Shown piece after piece: positions 16,812 to 21,456 of a stretch of 21,456 nt of DNA. This DNA comes from Promethearchaeota archaeon (GTDB lineage: Archaea; Asgardarchaeota; Lokiarchaeia; Sigyniarchaeales; SOKP01), in contig JABCSY010000068.1 of NCBI GenBank assembly GCA_018238625.1, forward strand, positions 1 through 21,456. The letters are read 5' to 3'. The stretch's first letter is position 1. Each line of letters starts with the position of its first letter. Below the pieces are notes generated by a model, which was not told the DNA's origin, did no database searches, and saw only the letters and a list, made by a program, of their open reading frames with translations. The position numbers and the translations under genes were made by a program.

Positions 16812-17002
16812 TTTCCTGATAAACTTTTCATTTCTTCAAGAGAATAAGATCTTTCTTGCTTGAAATCCTCCAAGCCTTCTAAAACTTGTTTTTTAATGTA
16901 TAATACATCAATTAAATCTTCAATTTCCTCAGATGTAGTATCTTCAGGTAAGTCTTTGATGAGGGAGAGTATTTTTTCTTTAATTTTGCTCATATTTATC
17001 AT
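16772..17002 (-). CDS. Cognate antitoxin
   Basis: 76 aa; LPEDTTSEEI...LYIKKQVLEGLEDFKQER pattern typical of ParE-associated antitoxins; start may be ATG 16993. Confidence 0.8.
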   Translation of the reverse strand: MINMSKIKEKILSLIKDLPEDTTSEEIEDLIDVLYIKKQVLEGLEDFKQERSYSLEEMKSLSGKWKLESQKRPNDS

Positions 17003-17063
17003 AATTTTAGAGACATCTTAGACATATAAAACTTCTCATTTAATAATGATGTTTAAGCTCAAT

Positions 17064-17106
17064 ATATTTATGGCTAAAGAGTCATACAATTTTTACTTAT
17101 TAGAGT
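17064..17106. repeat. Right copy of the degenerate 43-bp direct repeat
   Basis: ATATTTATGGCTAAAGAGTCATACAATTTTTACTTATTAGAGT; 34/43 identity to 16428-16470. Confidence 0.75.
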
Positions 17107-17127
17107 GAATTTATTTTCTATACAGAT

Positions 17128-17149
17128 TAAAAAAAAATTAAAAATAAAA
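17128..17149 (-). terminator. Oligo-T terminator after the acetoacetate-CoA ligase gene
   Basis: T-tracts on the - strand immediately after the stop. Confidence 0.5.
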
Positions 17150-19144
17150 TTATTGAAGTTTATCTTTCATTTCCATATAGTAATCTAAAGAGGTGGGATT
17201 CCTTAACGCGCTTCGGTTGGCCACTTCCATACCGTGAATGATCTTTGTTACGGCAATTTCGACTTTTTTGTTGCTGAAAGTATAAGGAATGCCATCTTCG
17301 GGTGCTTGAAAGATTAATTTCGGTACATGCCTTGGGGAGGTTTTTCCTCGTAAAACTTGCCTTATTTTTGCTTGTAAATCGTCGGTTAGTTCGTATCCTT
17401 CGTTTAACAGCACAAACATTATAATACGTACATCTCCTTCCCATTTTTGGCCTATAACAAGACTATCAGCGATCTCAGGTAATTGTTCTACGACGTTATA
17501 GATTTCGGCAGTACCAATTCGTACTCCAGAAGGCTTTAAAACGGCGTCCGAACGACCCCAGAAGGTAATACCTCCAGTATCGCTATGAATGACTATGTAA
17601 TCGCCATGCCGCCAAACCATTTTTCCTACGTCTTTATAGTAGTCAAAATAGGCAGCTTTATATTTAGTCATGTTATCGTCATCGCCCCAGAAATAAATTG
17701 GCATCGAAGGTACGGGAGCTTCACATACAAGTTCGGCCTGTAAATCTTCAATAGGTTCGGCTTTCTCAGAATACGATTCTACTTTCATCGCTAAAGCGCG
17801 CCCTTGCAATTCTCCAGAATATACAGGTAAAATAGGTATTGCTCCAGCAAAACAACCGTTAATATCTGTCCCGCCACTGATTGAATTGAAAAAGAGATCT
17901 TTTTTAATCTCTCGATAGACATATTCAAAACCTTCAGGAGATAATGTAGATGCGGTTTGCGAGATCTCTCTTAATTCACTTAGATCATATTTCTCAGCGG
18001 GCTTTACCCCAAGTCCCATTAGGTAATGAATATAGGCCGCACTAGTACCAAATATAGTTACCTTATGTTTTTCTATTAATTCAAAAAACCTTAATGGTTC
18101 TGGATATAACGGATTTCCATCGTACAAAAATATTGTTGCACCCGTGGCTAAGGCACTGATAAGCCAGTTCCACATCATCCATGAAGGCGCTGTAATATAA
18201 TTAATGACATCGCTTCTTTTTACATCAGTAGATAAGATTAATTCTTTTAAATGATTGATCAATACACCACCAGCGCCTTGAACCATACACTTAGGTTTTC
18301 CCGTTGTTCCTGATGAAAACATCACGTATAGAGGATGGTCAAAAGGTAACTGTTCATAGTCAAGATTTGGATCTTCCTCTTTTGAAATAAAATCATCCCA
18401 ATGTACTGCGTTTGGAATGTGGCTTATCTTAGGTTTTCCATCAGTGATGTAAGACGCCACTACTACTTTTTCTATCGAAGGAATAGCTTCAACCACAGTT
18501 TTAGCATTCTCAGTGATATTAAATTCTTTGTCCCTATAGAAATATCCATCAACGGTAAAGAGAACTCTTGGCTCAATTTGTCCAAAACGATCGATTACTG
18601 CGTTCGATTGTAATTCTGCGCCACATGAAGCCCAAGTTGCTCCAATGGCAGTAGCAGCTAACATGGCAATAGGGGTTTCAATCAAATTTGGAATGTAGGA
18701 AACAACTCGATCCCCTGCTTTAACTCCCATTTCCTTGAGAGATTTTGCTAAGCGTGCAACTACCTTATTTAGTTCGGCATAAGTAATTTGCTTCGAAACC
18801 TTGGTTTCTCCTTGAAAAACAAAAGCTAATTGGTCATCTTTATACTTGAGTAGATTCTCCGCAAAATTCAATCTTGCCCCGGGAAACCATTTGGTTCCTG
18901 GGAAAACACTTAGATTCTCAACAACTTTATCATATGGTTTAGAAGCTACAATACCTCCAAAGTCCCACATGCCCGCCCAGAAATCCTCGATCTTTTCTAC
19001 AGACCATCTATATAGATCTTTACCTCCCTTAATTTCTTGACCATATTTTTTATTTACATATCCGATAAACTTGGTTATCTCAGCGTTTTTAATCCATTCA
19101 TCGGAGGGTTCCCATAATTTTTTTTTATTTGAAATGATTAACAC
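17150..19144 (-). CDS. Acetoacetate-CoA ligase (acetoacetyl-CoA synthetase)
   Basis: WFPGARLNFAENLL, MFSSGTTGKPKC, SWMMWNWL, SISGGTD, VWRHGD, GRSDAVLKPSGVRIGTAEIY, KKVE; true start possibly ATT 19135. Confidence 0.95.
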   Translation of the reverse strand: MLIISNKKKLWEPSDEWIKNAEITKFIGYVNKKYGQEIKGGKDLYRWSVEKIEDFWAGMWDFGGIVASKPYDKVVENLSVFPGTKWFPGARLNFAENLLKYKDDQLAFVFQGETKVSKQITYAELNKVVARLAKSLKEMGVKAGDRVVSYIPNLIETPIAMLAATAIGATWASCGAELQSNAVIDRFGQIEPRVLFTVDGYFYRDKEFNITENAKTVVEAIPSIEKVVVASYITDGKPKISHIPNAVHWDDFISKEEDPNLDYEQLPFDHPLYVMFSSGTTGKPKCMVQGAGGVLINHLKELILSTDVKRSDVINYITAPSWMMWNWLISALATGATIFLYDGNPLYPEPLRFFELIEKHKVTIFGTSAAYIHYLMGLGVKPAEKYDLSELREISQTASTLSPEGFEYVYREIKKDLFFNSISGGTDINGCFAGAIPILPVYSGELQGRALAMKVESYSEKAEPIEDLQAELVCEAPVPSMPIYFWGDDDNMTKYKAAYFDYYKDVGKMVWRHGDYIVIHSDTGGITFWGRSDAVLKPSGVRIGTAEIYNVVEQLPEIADSLVIGQKWEGDVRIIMFVLLNEGYELTDDLQAKIRQVLRGKTSPRHVPKLIFQAPEDGIPYTFSNKKVEIAVTKIIHGMEVANRSALRNPTSLDYYMEMKDKLQ

Positions 19145-19240
19145 CTCTTAATTTGTAATCTTTAAACATAATATTTAATTCGTTTATACTAATTGGTTTG
19201 AATATTTTTATTACGATATTTTTTCTATTAAATCTTTCTG

Positions 19241-19270
19241 AATTGCAATATTTAAGTGCTTCTTGCAATT
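19241..19270. promoter_or_regulatory. Inverted repeat in the divergent promoter region, possible operator
   Basis: AATTGCAA-N14-TTGCAATT. Confidence 0.4.
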
Positions 19271-19483
19271 AAAATAGTAAAAAATTGATGTTTTCGCTTT
19301 TGTATTTAAGTGATTTTCAACGAAAAGATTCTATGAAATTTAGTATTTTAACGCATATTATAAATATACGCAAGTTGTTCTTATTGTCTTCGAATTAATT
19401 AACAGAATTTATAATTCTAAATTAATTCTTACCCTTAAATACAAATAAATTACATAAAATATATTAAAATATTTTAATTTGGG

Positions 19484-20503
19484 GTGTTAAATATTTCAGA
19501 AATGAAGATATTAAAAGAAGGTACAGGAGAGATCTTCTGTAAAAATACGCCTTCTGAAGTCAGAAAATGGACCAGAGAAAATAAATCGCGTGCTTTAATA
19601 GATAAACGTATGAACATTAAAGACGCCGTAAAAAAGTATGTTAAAGACGGTGATTATTTGGCTATTGGAGGATTTGGCCACATTAGAATCCCCATGGCTA
19701 TAATATACGAAATCGTAAGGCAAAGAATTAAAAATTTATCCGTTGCGGGGCATACTGCTGTTCAAGATCTTGACATATTAATGGCCGGTGGTTGCGTATC
19801 TGCTGTTGATATTGCTTATGTCGTTGGTTTTGAGCTTCGAGGGCTTTCTGGAGTTCAGAGAAGGCAGTTTGAAAGTGGACAAGTTAAAAAAACAGATTAC
19901 ACTAATGGAGCAATGTCTTATCGTATTCGAGCTGGTGCCCAAGGCGTACCGTTTATTCCAGTCAAAGTGATGCTTGGAACTGATACGATGATGCATTCCC
20001 CCGGTAAAGTTGTCAAGTGCCCATTTACCGGAGAAAAAGTATTGTTACTGCCATCGTTAAACCCTGATGTTTGTATAATTCACGCACATAGAGCAGATAT
20101 GTACGGGAACGTTCAAATTGACGGACACATCGTTAAAGACGACTTACAAGCGAGAGCATCAAAGAGGGTTATAGTCATGTGCGAAGAATTAATAAGCGAC
20201 GACATCATTAGACAAGATCCCGGTAAGACCGTCATTCCTTTTTATATGGTAGACGCTGTTGTAGAGCAACCTTGGGGTTCACATCCCGGTAATATGCCGT
20301 ATAAATACTATTTTGACCACACATTTACAGAAGATTACTTAACAGTAGGTAGGAACAAAGATCCGAAAGTATTAGAAAAATGGTTAGAAGATTGGGTATA
20401 TAGCCTTGAGAGTTTTGACGATTATTTAGTGAAATTAGGACCTAGAAGGCTCTATAACCTTAGAGATGCTGAATTTTTAAGAGAACCAGTGAGGGGAGAT
20501 TAA
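19484..20503 (+). CDS. Family I CoA-transferase subunit A (glutaconate CoA-transferase GctA-like)
   Basis: VKDGDYLAIGGF, RIPMA, RAGAQGVPFIP, CPFTG, PDVCIIHAHRADMYGN, GSHP; start GTG 19484, ATT 19493 or ATG 19502. Confidence 0.92.
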   Translation: MLNISEMKILKEGTGEIFCKNTPSEVRKWTRENKSRALIDKRMNIKDAVKKYVKDGDYLAIGGFGHIRIPMAIIYEIVRQRIKNLSVAGHTAVQDLDILMAGGCVSAVDIAYVVGFELRGLSGVQRRQFESGQVKKTDYTNGAMSYRIRAGAQGVPFIPVKVMLGTDTMMHSPGKVVKCPFTGEKVLLLPSLNPDVCIIHAHRADMYGNVQIDGHIVKDDLQARASKRVIVMCEELISDDIIRQDPGKTVIPFYMVDAVVEQPWGSHPGNMPYKYYFDHTFTEDYLTVGRNKDPKVLEKWLEDWVYSLESFDDYLVKLGPRRLYNLRDAEFLREPVRGD

Positions 20504-20506
20504 AAA

Positions 20507-21286
20507 ATGACCGCTGAAAATTATTCGTTAAGAGAATTAATGGCAGTTGTTGCAGCTAGGCAATTGCTAGATGGAAAAGCAGTAGCAGTGGGAACGGGGT
20601 TACCGCTAGTAGCTGCTATGTTTGCTCAGCTAACTCATGCTCCCAATTTAGTTATCTTTTTTGAAGCTGGTGGAATCGCACCACAATTACCCACGCTTCC
20701 CGTATCCGTTGGAGATTCGCGAACCATCCATAAAGCTTTATGTACAACCACGCTAATCGATATCATGGATTCTATGCGTAGAGGTTTTATTGATTACGCC
20801 TTCTTAGGTGGAGCACAAATCGATGGATATGGTAATCTTAATTCCACTATGATTGGAGACGATTACGAAAAACCTAAAGTGCGATTTCCGGGTTCAGGAG
20901 GTGCAAACGATTTTGGTTCGCTCGCTTGGGAAACCCTTATAATAATGGATCGCCATAGTCCTCGGAGATTTATTGAAAAAGTAGATTTCATTACAACACC
21001 AGGGTTTTTATACGGTCCAGGAGCTAGAGAAGAAGAGGGTTTATCTGAAGATACTGGCCCTTCGCGCGTCATTACAGATTTATGCTTAATGGATTTTGAA
21101 CCAGAATCAAAACGAATGAGGTTAATTGCAACTCACCCGGGAATTGCGATCGATGACGTAATAAAAGCAACTGGTTTTGAATTAATTATTGCAGATAATG
21201 TGGAAACTACTAAACCTCCAACTGTAGAGGATTTAAGATTATTACACGAAGTAATAGACCCTAACGGTTTTGTCTTTAAAAAATAA
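20507..21286 (+). CDS. Family I CoA-transferase subunit B (GctB-like)
   Basis: VGTGLP, catalytic Glu in FFEAG, FLGGAQIDGYGNLN, RFPGSGGAND, VDFITTPG, HPG. Confidence 0.92.
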   Translation: MTAENYSLRELMAVVAARQLLDGKAVAVGTGLPLVAAMFAQLTHAPNLVIFFEAGGIAPQLPTLPVSVGDSRTIHKALCTTTLIDIMDSMRRGFIDYAFLGGAQIDGYGNLNSTMIGDDYEKPKVRFPGSGGANDFGSLAWETLIIMDRHSPRRFIEKVDFITTPGFLYGPGAREEEGLSEDTGPSRVITDLCLMDFEPESKRMRLIATHPGIAIDDVIKATGFELIIADNVETTKPPTVEDLRLLHEVIDPNGFVFKK

Positions 21287-21289
21287 ATC

Positions 21290-21301
21290 TTTTTTATTTT
21301 T
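21290..21301 (+). terminator. Oligo-T terminator after the CoA-transferase operon
   Basis: TTTTTTATTTTT starting 4 nt after the stop. Confidence 0.5.
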
Positions 21302-21312
21302 AATTTAAATTT

Positions 21313-21373
21313 AAGTCCACGGCCCCTTTCTTGCCATCTACGACTTGTGGACCTTTTTAACCTTCGGTCAAAA
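21313..21373. other. GC-rich intergenic element with two adjacent hairpins (candidate ncRNA or mobile-element end)
   Basis: GTCCAC 21315-21320 pairs with GTGGAC 21347-21352, inner GGC/GCC; second hairpin TTTTGACC-GAA-GGTTAAAA on the - strand. Confidence 0.35.
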
Positions 21374-21456
21374 TATTTAAATAGTAAATTTTAATTGAAT
21401 TTTTTTCATTACTACCTTATATAACCTAAACTGAAATAATTTTGAGATAATGACAA

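Noticed and set aside
3528-21072. Short ORFs overlapping clear genes (e.g. 3528, 5109, 5141, 7077, 8036, 8440, 9239, 10357, 10913, 11355, 12470, 13779, 16016, 16179, 17160, 18401, 18846, 19778, 19788, 20863)
   Set aside because: Antisense or off-frame shadows of well-supported CDSs, with no motifs
21308-21330. tRNA 3'-end remnant (att site) in TTAAGTCCACGGCCCC
   Set aside because: No GTTC T-loop consensus or T-stem
13544-21347. 12-bp inverted match CAAGTCGTAGAT (13544-13555) and ATCTACGACTTG (21336-21347)
   Set aside because: Matches of this length are expected by chance in 21 kb, and one copy is inside a CDS

Overview
AT-rich archaeal-type window: TATA-like promoters, oligo-T terminators and GGTG-type ribosome-binding sites. 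The NosD-like beta-helix surface protein and the tandem winged-helix/TPR protein suggest Asgard archaea (Lokiarchaeia); this is inferred from recalled family style, not from a search. The backbone is an acyl-CoA catabolic cluster: two thiolase-fold genes, an enoyl-CoA hydratase, a flavin reductase, an acetoacetate-CoA ligase and a two-subunit family I CoA-transferase. It is interrupted by small, more AT-rich accessory genes (GNAT, MNT-HEPN and ParE/RelE toxin-antitoxin pairs, EFR1 flavodoxin-ferredoxin, AAC(3), an ArsR-type regulator, membrane proteins). The main signal is that both toxin-antitoxin modules lie between direct repeats of host sequence, with no integrase or transposase in the window. 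MNT-HEPN is flanked by an exact 36-bp duplication of the last 12 codons of the hydratase gene (7603-7638 and 8451-8486). The ParE/RelE pair is flanked by a decayed 43-bp duplication of the aac(3) promoter region (16428-16470 and 17064-17106). Other points: probable ATT start codons (including a missed 64-aa ORF), a thiolase-fold protein lacking both usual catalytic cysteines, a cold-shock protein with a Gly/Arg-rich tail, near-identical DNA repeats in the beta-helix gene, and a small GC-rich structured element at the right end. No rRNA, tRNA or CRISPR array was seen.
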